DNA of 64,000 nt, from NCBI RefSeq assembly GCF_010993775.1, contig NZ_WOTO01000006.1, positions 79,273-143,272 of the forward strand. The letters run 5' to 3'. Position numbers and translations under genes: made by a program. Below, in pieces: positions 47,833-58,776 of this stretch. Below the pieces are notes generated by a model that was not told the origin of the DNA, did not search any database, and worked only from the letters and a program-made list of their open reading frames with translations. This stretch comes from Fodinicola feengrottensis (GTDB taxonomy: Bacteria; Actinomycetota; Actinomycetes; Mycobacteriales; HKI-0501). Numbering within the stretch: position 1 is the first letter of the stretch; every line of letters begins with the position of its first letter.

Positions 47833-49480
47833 TTCGCCCACCTCCAAGTGGCCGTTTTCCAGCCGCAGCAAGCGATCGGCCAGCGCGGCGACCGCTGGCC
47901 GATGCGCGACGAGCAGTGCGGTACGGCCCTGGCTGATCCGCTCGATGCCGGCCAGCACGTCCGCCTCGGTGGCCCGGTCCAGCCGGGCGGTCGGCTCGTC
48001 GAGCAGCACGAGGTCGTGGTCTTGCAGGAAAGTACGCGCGAGCGCTACCCGCTGCACCTGGCCGGCGGACAGCCCGCAGCCGTTTTCGCCCAGCACAGTG
48101 GCATAACCGGCCGGTAGGGCGTCGATAAAGATGTCCGCGCCGGCCTGGCGGGCCGCGGTCGCGACGGCTTCCAGGTCGTACGAAGGCTGCCCCAGCCGGA
48201 TGTTTTCGGCCACACTGCGGGCGAAAAGCCGCGGCGGCCGCTGCGGCAGCCAGCCGATCCGCCGGCGCCACTGTTCCGGGTCGAGGTCCGCAAGGTTGGC
48301 GCCGTCCACCGTGATGCGGCCGGAAGTTGGCTCCATAAAACGAAGAAGCAGCGACAGTAGGGTGGACTTGCCGGCGCCGCTCGGACCGGCCACCGCGATT
48401 CGCTCGCCGGGCCGGATCGTCAGGGACACGTCTCGCAATGCGTACGGGCCGTCCGGCTCATAACGCACGCTGACGTTCTCGAACTCTATCCGTGCCGCGG
48501 CCGACCGTACGCTCAATGTCGGTTTTGGTGCCGCCGCCGGAAGATCCAGGACAGCGAAGACGTCTTTGGCGGCGGCCAAGCCTTCCGCGCTGGCGTGGAA
48601 CTGGCCACCGGCGGCCCGTAGCGCGAGAAACGCCTCCGGTGCGAGCAACAGCACCAATAATGCCGTCCGCAGACCCACTTGCCCGTCCAGTAGGCGGAAA
48701 ACCGAGCGGAACCGCGACCAGTGCGACCGCTAGGCTCGCCAGGATTTCCAGCACCAGCGCGGACAGGAAGGCGATCCGCAGGGTCGCCATGGTGGCCACC
48801 CGACAGCGGTCCGCCAGCTGCCGGATGACCTCGACCTGCGCTCGCGCCCGGCCGTACATTCGCAGGGTGGGCAGCCCGCGCACCACATCCAGGAAATGAC
48901 CGCCCACAGTGGACAGTCGGCGCCACTGCAAGTCCGTCTTGGTTTGGGTGTGCCAGCCAACCAGGATCCCGAAAATCGGCACCAGGGGCAGCGTCACAGC
49001 GGTGATGACCGCGGAGGTCGGGTCGGCGACGGCCAGCCGGATCAGCACTGTGACGGGGATGATCGCAGCCGTGACGGTCGCCGGCAGATAGCCGGACAGG
49101 TACGGTCGCAGGCCCGCGAGACCGCGAGTCAACAGCGTCACCAGCTCGCCAGATCGCTCGGTGGTCAACCGGGTCGGGCCGCGGCGGGCGCAGCTTTCGC
49201 TGACAGCGTCCCGAAGTTCACAGGTGATCGCGCCCGCGGACCGTTCCGCGAGGCGCACTCGTACCCACCCGACCACGGCACGGGCGCCGACCGCGGCGAG
49301 CAGCCAACTCGCGCTGTCGAGCCGGATCCGGCCGCTCATGGTTTCGGTCAGCAGCGCGGCGAACGCGTCTGCCTGCGCCAGCACGGTTCCGGCCACCACG
49401 ACCGCCAGCGCGGTGCTGACCACCAGGTGCCGCCGTACCGACGGCAGACCGCGCAGCCGGCCAGCCACCGCGTCCTTGCT
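47815..49480 (-). CDS. cydD: thiol reductant ABC exporter subunit CydD (frameshift near 48700)
   Basis: TMD in ORF 48458..49741 (from VSKDAVAGRL...). NBD in ORF 47815..48678 (GPSGAGKSTL, LSAGQVQRV, LVLLDEPTARLD). Confidence 0.75.
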
Positions 49481-50460
49481 CACTGTCCACTCCGGACTCG
49501 CGGCACCGGCGTGCGGAAAAGCCACCAGCTCACGAGCTGGCTGGCGGCCATCAGCGGAGCGGCGATGACCGCGAAAGTGGTCAGGGTCTGCAAAGTCGAC
49601 GAGCCAGAGGCCGCCGCGGCAACCGTCAGGCCGCTGGCCGGATCGACCGATGAGGCCACCAGAACTCCAGGGTGGGCGGCCACGAGCGCCACGATCGGCA
49701 CCGCCATCGCGACCATACTGGCCGCGAAAGCCGACCACCACAGTCGATTCCGGCGCAGCCAGACCCGGACCGCCACCAGGGCGGCGATTCCCACGCAGAG
49801 CAGGACGATCTCGCTGCCCGTCTGTCCCATGTGGACGAAGGCCAGACAGCCGGCACTCACCAACAAAAGGCCAATCGACAGGGGCGCGCTGCGCTGCCCG
49901 ATCCGAGCCGCCAGCTGGCGTACGTCACCGCCGGCCCGCAACGACAGGAAAGTCGCGCCGTGCGTGACCATCAGCGCGACCATGGTCAACGCACCGACGT
50001 ACGTCATCGGCTGGGTCAGCAGCGCCAGCTGGTCCGGAGCCGCACCGATCCGCCAGGGCAGGCCGACGAAGAGTGTCCCCAGCACCGCGCCCCAGCCCAG
50101 CGCCGCGGCCACCGCGCCACCGGCCGCGATCGTGCCGGCGACTCGTTGCCCGCGACCTCGGGCCACCCAGAAAAGCGGAACCCCTGCGGTGACCGCGACA
50201 ACGCCAGCCAAGGCCACGACCACCAGCGGATATAACCCGGACAACAACAGTTCTTCGGCGTGCGTGAACGCCCCGGCGACCACCCCAACAGTGGCGACCA
50301 ACCAGACTTCGTTGCGGAGCAACACCGGTCGCAGCGTGTCCAGCGTCTCGGCCCGGGCCCGTCCAGAAAGAACGGACAGCATGCCGACGCCGTAGTCATA
50401 GCCGGCCAACAGCAGGTAGCCGGCAAAGAGCACGCCCAGCGCGAGCGCCCAGCCGATCAC
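49480..50460 (-). CDS. cydB: cytochrome bd ubiquinol oxidase subunit II
   Basis: A 326-aa polytopic membrane protein MIGWALALGVLFAGYLLLAGYDYGVGML... typical of CydB. Intact. Confidence 0.85.
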   Translation of the reverse strand: MIGWALALGVLFAGYLLLAGYDYGVGMLSVLSGRARAETLDTLRPVLLRNEVWLVATVGVVAGAFTHAEELLLSGLYPLVVVALAGVVAVTAGVPLFWVARGRGQRVAGTIAAGGAVAAALGWGAVLGTLFVGLPWRIGAAPDQLALLTQPMTYVGALTMVALMVTHGATFLSLRAGGDVRQLAARIGQRSAPLSIGLLLVSAGCLAFVHMGQTGSEIVLLCVGIAALVAVRVWLRRNRLWWSAFAASMVAMAVPIVALVAAHPGVLVASSVDPASGLTVAAAASGSSTLQTLTTFAVIAAPLMAASQLVSWWLFRTPVPRVRSGQ

Positions 50461-51729
50461 AGGGTCACCATCTCAAGGTCGTCTCGTACGGGTTCGATGC
50501 CGCTGTCATCGGAAGGAACGGACCAGAAAGTCCAGCCTGGACCACGTTTTGCCAGCCGGGTCAGCAAGATCCAGTCAAGGCCGCCGAGAAATGCGAACAG
50601 CACAGCGAAAATCGCGAAGCTCACTCCCACGGTGGTCGCCCCGACGCCGGAGATGGCCTGGTCAGTTTTCAGTACGCCGTAGACGACCCACGGTTGCCGG
50701 CCGACTTCTCGCCACACCCAACCGGCGATGGCGGCGAGGAACGGCAGGAACATCAGGTACGTCAGCAGCCGCAGCGGCCACGACCAGCGCAACAAACGGT
50801 CCCGGAAAGAAAGGAAGAGCGAGGCGACCAGGCCGACCGCCGCAAGAACAATGCCGATGTAGAGCATGGTGTCGCCGGCCCAGTGAATCCAGTCCGGCGG
50901 CAGGTAGTTGCCCGGGCCGTACTGAGCGCTCAGGTCGGCCTGCACCTTCGCCATCTCGACCGGACTTTCGTGCCACATGGCGGCTTTTGCTGGTATCAAT
51001 GTGAAAACGTGGAACTGTCGGACACCGGTATAGATCTGGGCGCCGGCGGCCAGAGTGGCGATCGGCAGCGCGAACCGCAGCGTGGGCAGGAAGAATTCGC
51101 GGTCCCGGCCGCGCCGCAGGTGCCATGTGCTGACCCCGATCATGAACCAGGCGCCGACCATAATGCCGGCCGACGCGACGTGCGGGAAGGCCAGCCAGAG
51201 GTTCGGGTTTGTCAGCAGCGCCCCGAAATCGGTCAGTATGCCCACGTCACCTTGGATCGCGTACCCGACCGGGTGGTGCAGGAAGGAATTCGCCACCAGC
51301 ACCCAGAAAGCGGACAGGTACGCGGTCACGCAAAACCAGCCAGATCACCACCGTGTGCGCGACCCGGCCGATCCGGTCCCAGCCGAAGATCCAGATCCCC
51401 AGCAGCGTGGATTCTATGAAGAACGCCACCAGCGTCTCCATGGTCAGCGGGGCACCGAAAACCCCACCGACCAGCTTGTTCAGCCCGGCCCAGTTCAGCC
51501 CCAGCTGGAATTCCATCAGCACCCCGCTGGCGATGCCGACCAGGTAGTTGACCACGTACAGCTGGCCCCAGAACCGGACCTGCCGCAGGTGCTCGGGGTT
51601 TTTCGTGAACGCGTATCGGGTCTGCAGGATCGCGACCAGCGTCACGAGCCCGAGAGTGAGAAGGACAAAGAGAAAATGAAACGAGGTGGTGGCGGCGAAC
51701 TCCCACCGCGCCACAGTCAGTTCGCTCAT
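50457..51729 (-). CDS. cydA: cytochrome bd ubiquinol oxidase subunit I (frameshift near 51330)
   Basis: N-terminus MSELTVARWEFAATTSFHFLFVLLTLGL... and the Q-loop region are typical of CydA. Spread over ORFs 51247..51750 and 50457..51329. Confidence 0.85.
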
Positions 51730-51895
51730 GACACCGATGCTGCCGACCACACCCCGTCGTCCGCCTCGTCGTCATGCTGTCAGTTGCCCGTACTCCCAGG
51801 GGCGTACGCCTACCGCGCGGCGGTCTTGAGGGCAGACCGTGACCTTCGCTCTGGCCTTCGCCCCTGACCTGAGACCGGCCAGTCAGAACGGCGAG

Positions 51896-53500
51896 TCAGA
51901 ACGGCCAGTCGGCGTTCCGGCCGCCTTCCAGCAGAGGGATCATCGCGAAGCACTGGTCGGTCAGCCCACCGAAGGTGTATCGGTTGGCTCGGTCCGCGGC
52001 GTGGCCCTGTTGGTAGCCGGCCAGATTCCAGGTATACAGCGGAACAGTGTCCGGCAGCAGCGCCTGCCCGACATCGCCGCGGGCCGCTTGCTCGTCGGTG
52101 AGGATGACAACCCGGTCATGCCCCGCGAAGTGCCTCTGCACGGCGCCGACAGTGTCGGTGCCGCCGTTGAGAAAATAGCCGTCGGACTTCCACCGCTGCA
52201 CGGCCTTGAGCACCGATTCCCCCGCCTTGGCGGGAAAAAAACCAGCGACGGGGTCTGGCCCTGCCAGCCGTTCGAGAAGGACACCACGTCGGCCTTCTCA
52301 CAGCGTTGCGCCAGCGCCAGGCCGAAAAGCACCGCCGCGTCCCACCGCATCAGGCTGCCGTCCCGCGAGAAGCTCTCGTCCATCGATCCCGAGGTGTCGA
52401 CCAGCACCAGCGTACGTCCACGCAGCGCGGGAATGCGGCCGAGTGAATGCTGCAGAGCCTGCTCCAGCGGCCAGGCCCAGCGCAGGCTTGGTGCCGCGTT
52501 GTACGCCGACAGGAACCGCATCGGCAGCTGCCGCGACCGCGCGACCTGGTCCGGATCGGCGAGTCTCTCGGCGACTTTTCCGGCGCTCCGGTCGGAAAGT
52601 CCGGCCTGGTCGAAATTCCGCAGGTTGCGAAGCAGCGCCATGTAACCCATCGACGGGATGATCGCGGCCCATTTCTTGGCCGAGAGCGGAGCCTGCAGCC
52701 ATCCGGACAGCGATTCCCACGTCATGCCCGCATCGCGCAGCACGGCCGCCACTTCTTCGGGCTCGTGCCGGGTGAACAGCTCGATCCGGGCCTCGTGCGG
52801 CCAGCTCATCAGATCCGCGTGCGCGACCAGCAGCGGCAGCGAGTCCGGGATCGGGTTGTCGCGCTTGTGTCGCCGGTCGATGGCGTGCCGGAAAAGATCG
52901 CCCTGCCACGGCGAATCCGCCGCCGGCGAGGCGTGTGTCAACTCCAGTACGTCCGCGAACCGGTAGCCATGCGCGGCGGAATCCCACTTGAGCAGCGAAC
53001 GCTGGTCGTACAACCGGCGTACCCCGTCGGCGATCCCGCGCTTGACCGGTTTCGGGATGGACCGGCCATAACGTGAGGTCCAGTACGCCAGCAGCTCGCC
53101 CGGCTCGTCGGCGCGCAGCAGCACGGAATCGACCACCTGACGGGAAAGTCCGGCCTCGCCGGCGAGCAGTCGGGCGCGCGCGAACTCGGCGGCGCCGACC
53201 AGCGCAGCCGAGCGCAGGTTGGCCTCGGTCCGCAGCCAGCGCAGGAACCGGCCAGTCCAGTCCGGATCCTGCTGGGTCACCGCATGCACCAGCCCGACGA
53301 AACGGCTGTCGCGATCGCCGGCGGACACATAGAAAGTCTCCTCCCCGACCAGGTTCATCACGGCCAGCAGGAAAAGTTCCGACTTCGCGTCACGAGCGTA
53401 ACCCGCGCCACCTTGAAACGTCAGCTGGCTAGGCACCTGCTCGCTGGTCACCGGACCGAACGCGGCCGGCCTGGCCGTCGCCGCGTTGAACTTGCTCACG
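51896..53500 (-). CDS. rsr: Ro60-related protein Rsr: TROVE domain plus C-terminal vWA domain (frameshifts near 52215-52260)
   Basis: GTG start with a GGAGGGG SD. TROVE N-terminus VSKFNAATARPAAFGPVTSEQVPSQLTFQGGAGYARDAKSELFLLAVMNLVGEETFYV. vWA MIDAS-like ...LVLVDTSGSM.... The true C-terminus is in ORF 51896..52213 (...YTFGGLTDQCFAMIPLLEGGRNADWPF*). Confidence 0.8.
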
Positions 53501-53516
53501 TCTTTCCCCTCCGTGT

Positions 53517-53693
53517 GGGGAGCCGCAGCTTCAAGAATGCCCGAGACCAAAGTCGGAAACGGTACGTAATGTGCTCTCCCAGCTGAGCTACGGTCGCCCG
53601 AACGACCGGCGGGACTCGAACCCGCGACCTCACCATTAAAAGGAAGTAACCGTCGCCTGCGCACCGGGCATCCATGAAGTTGTCGCTCCCGAG
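53517..53693 (-). ncRNA. yrlA: bacterial Y RNA (YrlA-like) with a circularly permuted tRNA-like module and a terminal Rsr-binding-type stem
   Basis: On the minus strand the order is T-arm (gcggg-TTCGAGT-cccgc), then a 7-bp acceptor-like stem cggtcgt/gcgaccg capped by a UCGG loop, then U8-A9 and a D-arm (GCUCAGCUGGGAGAGC). The two termini are complementary: 5' gggagcgacaa-cttca-tgg-atgcccg against 3' cgggcat-tct-tgaag-ctgcggctccc. The 3' end is 17 nt upstream of the rsr start. Confidence 0.6.
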
Positions 53694-53842
53694 ATCAGTA
53701 ATGCCCAGCGGTGGATTCTTTAAGGAAGTAACCGCCAAGCCGCGCACCGGGAGTGCTCTGGAACAAGATCGTATCTGGGGTGGCGCTGATGGTCGATCGG
53801 TTTTCCCTTTGGGGAAGCGAGTCTGCCCCGCGCGATCAGGAA

Positions 53843-54517
53843 TCAGCGGGGCGGGGTGACCAAGCCACTGCGGTACGCCATGGCGACGAGTTGCGCACGG
53901 TCGCGCGCGTCGAGTTTGACCAGTGCCCGGCTGACGTGGTTTTTTTTTCGCGGTGGTGGGGCTGATGAACAGGCGCTCGGCGATGTCGTCGTTGTTCAGG
54001 CCTTCGGCGACCAGGGTGACCACTTCACGTTCGCGTTCGGTCAGTGCGGCCAGCGCCGCGTTGTCCACAGTGGACGGTCCAGGGCTGGCGGCGATCCGGG
54101 CGATCATCCGCCGGGTGACACCGGGGGAGAGCAGACCGTCGCCGCTGGCGACCACCCGGATCGCCCGCAGCAGCTCGACCGGATCGGTGTCCTTGACCAG
54201 AAAACCGCTCGCGCCGGCCCGTAAGGCGGCCAGCACGTGCTCGTCGTGATCGAACGTGGTGAGGATGAGGACGTGTACGCCAGCCAGATCCTCGTCGGCG
54301 GTGATCCGCTGAGAGTCGCTTCGATGCCGTCCAGCTCCGGCATCCGGATGTCCATCAGCACCACGTCCGCGCGTACTTTTCTTACTAAATCAAGGACTTC
54401 GTGACCGGTGGATGCCTCGCCGACCAGTTCCAGATCGTCCTCGGTTTCCACCAGAGTCCGGAAACCGGCTCGTACCAGCGCATGGTCGTCCGCGATCAGC
54501 ACCCGGATGCGGCTCAT
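53843..54517 (-). CDS. NarL/FixJ-family response regulator (frameshifts, including an A/T homopolymer near 53940-53948)
   Basis: Receiver MSRIRVLIADDHALVRAGFRTLVETEDDLELVGEASTGHEVLDLVRKVRADVVLMDIRMPELDGIEAT. LuxR HTH ...LTEREREVVTLVAEGLNNDDIAERLFISPTTAK..VSRALVKL... recovered across frames. Confidence 0.8.
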
Positions 54518-55681
54518 CGGGACTCCACCGGCAGCTGGCACGCGACCTGAAAACCGCCGCCGACCCGGCCGGCGTCAAAGGTGCCGCCGAGCGTACGAGC
54601 GCGCTCTCGCATGCCGGCGAGGCCGCTGCCGCTGCCGCCGAAAGAGCCCGATCCCGACCCGTCGTCCTCGACGGTGATGCCGAGCGCGTCGGATCGGTAG
54701 GTGAGCTGGATCGCCACTTTGCTCGCGTGCGCGCGTGTCGGACCACGTTGGTGAGCGCCTCCTGGACGATCCGATATGCGGCGAGTTCCACCGCGGCCGG
54801 CAGCGTCGCCGGTTCTCCCAGCACGGTAACGGTGGCGTGCAGGCCGGCCGCCTCGGCCATCCGAGTCAGCTCCGGCAGCCGGCGCAGGCTCGCCGCCGGG
54901 TGCCGTTCGTCCAGGTTGGCGTCCTGGCTGCGCAGCGCCCCAAGGACGCTACGCAGTTCACCGAGCGCCTCGGTGGACGTCTGTTTTATGGCATCCAACG
55001 ACTCTTTGGCCTTCTCCGGCCTGCGGTCGATGACGTGCGACGCGACCCCCGCCTGCACGCTGATGCTCGCAATGCTGTGCGCGATCACGTCATGCACCTC
55101 GTACGCGATCCGCAGCCGCTCCTCGTTCACCAGCCGGGCCGCCTCGGCGTCCCGCTCCCGCTCCAGCTGCGCGACCCGCTCGGTCATCACCTTGCGCCAC
55201 GCGAGGTTGTAGCGGATCGCCTCGCCGAAAGCGACGGAGAGCTCAGTGCCAGCAGGACCGCGATGACCGAGTAATCGACGAACCGGTGGTCGCTGAAGAG
55301 CAGCCGGATCGTTCCGGTGCCGAAGCCGATGGTCAGCAGGCCGGCCAAAATCCCTGACCAGCGGCCCAACACGATGGTCAGGGTGACGCAGACGATGATC
55401 GGCACGATCAGGATCACCCGGCCGTAGAAGCCGAGCAGGAACCACAGCAGCATGCAGGTCAGGTTGGTGACGGCGGTTGGTACGGGATAGCGCCGACGCA
55501 GGATCGTGGCCGCCGTGACCGCAGCGACCAGGAGCGCGCCGACCACGTCGAAGCGGCGAAGGTCGACGCCGCCGAGCCCGATGCCGGTGATGCCGTTGAA
55601 GGCGATCACCCCGCCAGTGACCAGGCCGAGTGCCAGGTCGTACCGGCTCGGCCGGCGATCCCGGAACCAGGCTGCGTTCAT
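54514..55681 (-). CDS. sensor histidine kinase (HisKA_3/NarX-DesK type; frameshifted)
   Basis: N-terminal multi-TM sensor (ORF 55187..55681). HisKA_3 dimerisation region ERLRIAYEVHDVIAHSIASISVQAGVA. HATPase_c end ...ITVEDDGSGSG...GSGLAGMRERARTLGGTFDA... (ORF 54514..54717). Stop abuts the response regulator start. Confidence 0.75.
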
Positions 55682-55736
55682 CCGCTCACGCTAACCGGCG
55701 GGCGGTGCTTAGTCGTCGTCGTACGGCGGTATGCGC

Positions 55737-56393
55737 CTACTCCAAGTGACGTAGTGCCCCCTTGAGGCCGTGGAGCAGCAGATCGGTGACCGTGTCGACC
55801 ACTTCGTCATCGGAGTAGTCGGGCCCGCCCTCCGGGAGCAGTGCGTACGCGAGGGTGGCCAGCATCCCGCCCATCGCGGCCGCGATCAGGGCCGGGTCGC
55901 CGGGCAGTTCATGCCGGCGTTCTCGCAGGTAGTCGAGGTGCTCGCGAAGCACCGCGGTGTCTTGGGAGAGCCGCTGCCAGGCCTGTCCCGACTGCGATCC
56001 GGCGGCCATCGCGGACTCCTGGAGGGCGACGATGACCGGCAGGTTGTCGCGCATCAGCCGCCAGGGCACCGCGAGGTGGGCGCGCAGTTGGGCGCGGTCG
56101 GTCAGGTCGTGGTCGGGGGGGGTGCTCGTGACTGCCCAACTCGTCGCTGGCCTGCTCGTGCATGTCCGCCAGCAGCGCCTGGAGCAGCGCTTCCTTGCTG
56201 GCGAAATGGTCGTAGAACACGCCGGTGGCCCGGCCCGCCGCCGAGGTGATGTCGGCGATTTTCGTCTTCAGGTAGCCGCGCTCGACGAACAGCCGACGGG
56301 CGGCCTCCTTGAGCGCCGCCTCGGTCTCGGCCGCTTTGGCCTTTCGTACGCCCACCCGATTGCCTCCTTGACGTTTGTCGTCGCCGCTGATCA
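55737..56393 (-). CDS. TetR family transcriptional regulator (frameshift at a G-run near 56115-56122)
   Basis: HTH ...[46 protein letters not shown]... in ORF 55909..56403. C-terminal domain in ORF 55737..56069. Confidence 0.7.
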
Positions 56394-56449
56394 TACTGAA
56401 CAAAGTTTCGGCGAATATAGGTTCGGTGAATATGATTTCAGGAGCTGTG

Positions 56450-57558
56450 ATGAAGGCTGTTATCGCTGGTGGGGGAGTGGCAGGTGCGGCCAGCGCGATC
56501 GCGTTGGCCCGGATCGGCGCGGAGGTGACGGTGGTTGAGGCGTACGAGGATCCCGCCGGTCCGGTGGGTTCGTTCCTCAGCCTGGCCGCGACGGGGGCTG
56601 CGTGGGCTGGGTGCGCTGGGCTGCCTGACGCAGGTGCAGGAGGTCGGCTTTTCGGTGCCCCTGCAGCGAATGTGGTCTGGCAACGGGAAAATGCTCGGTG
56701 AGGTGGCCCGAGGCCGTCCGGACGGCGATCCGTTGCACAGTGTCACGCTCATGCGCGGCGATCTGGTCGAGGTGCTGCGGGAGGCCGCCGTACGTGCCGA
56801 TGCGCGGATCGTCACCGGGCAGCGGCTGGCCGGCGTCGTCGACGGCGCCGATCTGGTCGTGGGCGCGGACGGGCTCTGGTCGGGATATCGCGGGGAGTTG
56901 GACGCGACCGCTGCAGAGCCCAGCTATGCCGGTCTCTACAGCGTTTTCCGGGGTGTCGCGCGGCCTTGCGCGGCCTTCCGGGACATTCAACATGGTCTAC
57001 GGCCGGCGGGCCACTTTCCTTTATCTGCCAGCCCCGGATGGCTCGATTTGGTGGCAGGCACAGGTGCCTTCGGCCCAGCCGCCGGACCTGGCAACGATCG
57101 GGATCGATGAGTTGATGACGGTTTTTGTCGCGGACACTCACGTTCTGCCGATCGTACGGGCAGCCGGCGCAGTCCTGGGCTCGACTCTGCACCATGTCGT
57201 CGGGCCGGTCAGCCGGCACCAGGACGGACGGACCGTGTTGGTCGGCGACGCCGCTCATCCAGTTGGCGCCGGCCAGGGTGCTTCGATGGCGATCGAAGAT
57301 GCCGTTGTCCTCGCCCAACAACTGCGCAAGGCTGACTCTGTCGCCGCGGGTTTGCGGGCGTACGACCACTTGCGCCGCACTCGTACCGAGAAGATGGTCA
57401 GGATGGCCGCCGCCAACACCGACGCCAAGATCGCCGGCCCCCTCGCGGCGCGAATGCGGAACCTTTTCATGCCGCTGTTTTTCGCCCGTGCTTACCCAAA
57501 AGCGACGGCTTGGCTCTACGCGTACGACCCGGGGACCCTGCCGGTCACGGTCCGCTAG
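56450..57558 (+). CDS. FAD-dependent monooxygenase (class A flavoprotein; paralogue of the gene at 27015..28191; two frameshifts)
   Basis: [35 protein letters not shown] (GxGxxG). DG motif [34 protein letters not shown]. Divergent from the TetR gene. Confidence 0.8.
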
Positions 57559-58776
57559 CGGGTCGGATGCCGGTGCGAGCTGGGTGGCTGCTGGGGCGGT
57601 GGTTGCGCCGGCGGCGACTGGTGGGGTGGCTGCGGTCGCGGCGCGGTTTCGCGGGCTTTTTTCGCGCAGCCGCTCGGCTCCGTCCCGCACGCCCATCGCT
57701 TTTGCCGCATCTTCCGGGGAAAGCACGCCAGGGGCGGGCCGGGGGAGGGGGGGTGGTGGTGCGCTCGCGGTGACTTTTGCGTCCAGCGTACGGAAGGCGT
57801 TTTCGGCCAGCCGCAGGCCGGCCGAGTGCTGAGTGAGTTTTCCGCCGTATTCCTGGAGTTTCACGCTCTGCTCGGACATCCGTTGACCGTGGACCATGGT
57901 CAGGTGCGCCTGCTCGGTGATCAGGTCGATGTGCTCGCGCAACTGGCCGTCGTGCTTACCCAGCAGCTCGGAGTTGCCGGCGGTTTCGGCCTGCGTCGCG
58001 CCGAGATCTTCCCGTACCGAAGCCAATTCCGCGCCCACGTGATTAGTGTGGGCGTTGAGAGTGCTGACCGTACGCCGCTCGGCCGCCCCAATCCGCTCCT
58101 CGGTGTGCCGGTAGACGGCTTCCAGTTTGCCGTCGGTATTGGCCTCCAGAATGGTGACCTTTTGCTGCAACGCGGCGATTTCGGTTTGATGCCGCTGTTC
58201 CTGTCCGGCGAGCGCCGCATTGACTGCGGTATTGACTGCGGTCTGGATCCGTTGGTCGAGCGCGTCGCCCATCGACACCTCAACGGCGTCGAGGCGCTCG
58301 TTGGTGTGTTTCTGTCCATCTTTGAGGCTGCGTACGACTTTTCCAAACAGCTCAAGCGTCCGCCGATAGCGGGTATTGAGCGAGGTAATGCCCTTGCCGT
58401 GCTGCTGAACCTGATCGTCAAGCGGCGTGTCTACGTCTTTGCCCGCTTTCCGATCCTTGGCCATCTCCCTGCTGCCTTCACGCCCCTCACCGATCTTGCT
58501 GAACACGGTCTGACCGAAGGTGAGTGCGGAGCTCAACGCGGTGGTGACGCCCGCTCTGATCGCGGTGTCCTGGAGAACCGCAAGGGAGTAGTTGTGGGAC
58601 AGTAGAGTTGTGGACACCGTGGTGGAAATCCACTGAATCGGCGAGAGACCAGCAATCTTCAGCCCAGTCTTGCGAGCCTCCTCAAAAACCCCATCCTGCT
58701 GTTTCTTCTCAGTCACACCGGAGGCACTGAGGCCACTTCGAACGACGCCATTCCGGTTGCGACTGAATTTAGTCAT
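57545..58776 (-). CDS. long coiled-coil protein of unknown function with a Pro/Ala-rich C-terminal tail (3' end uncertain)
   Basis: Start MTKFSRNRNG overlaps the upstream gene stop. An N-terminal roughly 100-aa domain precedes about 250 aa of heptad-like Gln/Glu/Ala/Leu-rich sequence. ORF 56812..58797 has no in-frame stop until it is deep inside the convergent monooxygenase gene, so the true end must involve a frameshift. Local GC is visibly lower than flanking DNA. Confidence 0.4.

Noticed and set aside
46232-48271. 679-aa ORF as an extended CydC.
   Set aside because: The first roughly 145 codons are Ala/Arg/Pro-rich read-through of the cydD 3' region in another frame. cydC begins at Met MRTSGLIRS near 47832.
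53572-53628. Canonical tRNA gene suggested by perfect D-loop (GCTCAGCTGGGAGAGC) and T-loop (GGTTCGAGTCC) sequences on the minus strand.
   Set aside because: On that strand the T-arm precedes the D-arm. There is no anticodon arm and no 3' CCA/discriminator context, and the acceptor helix is closed by a tetraloop. It is a permuted tRNA-like module inside a Y RNA, not a tRNA gene.
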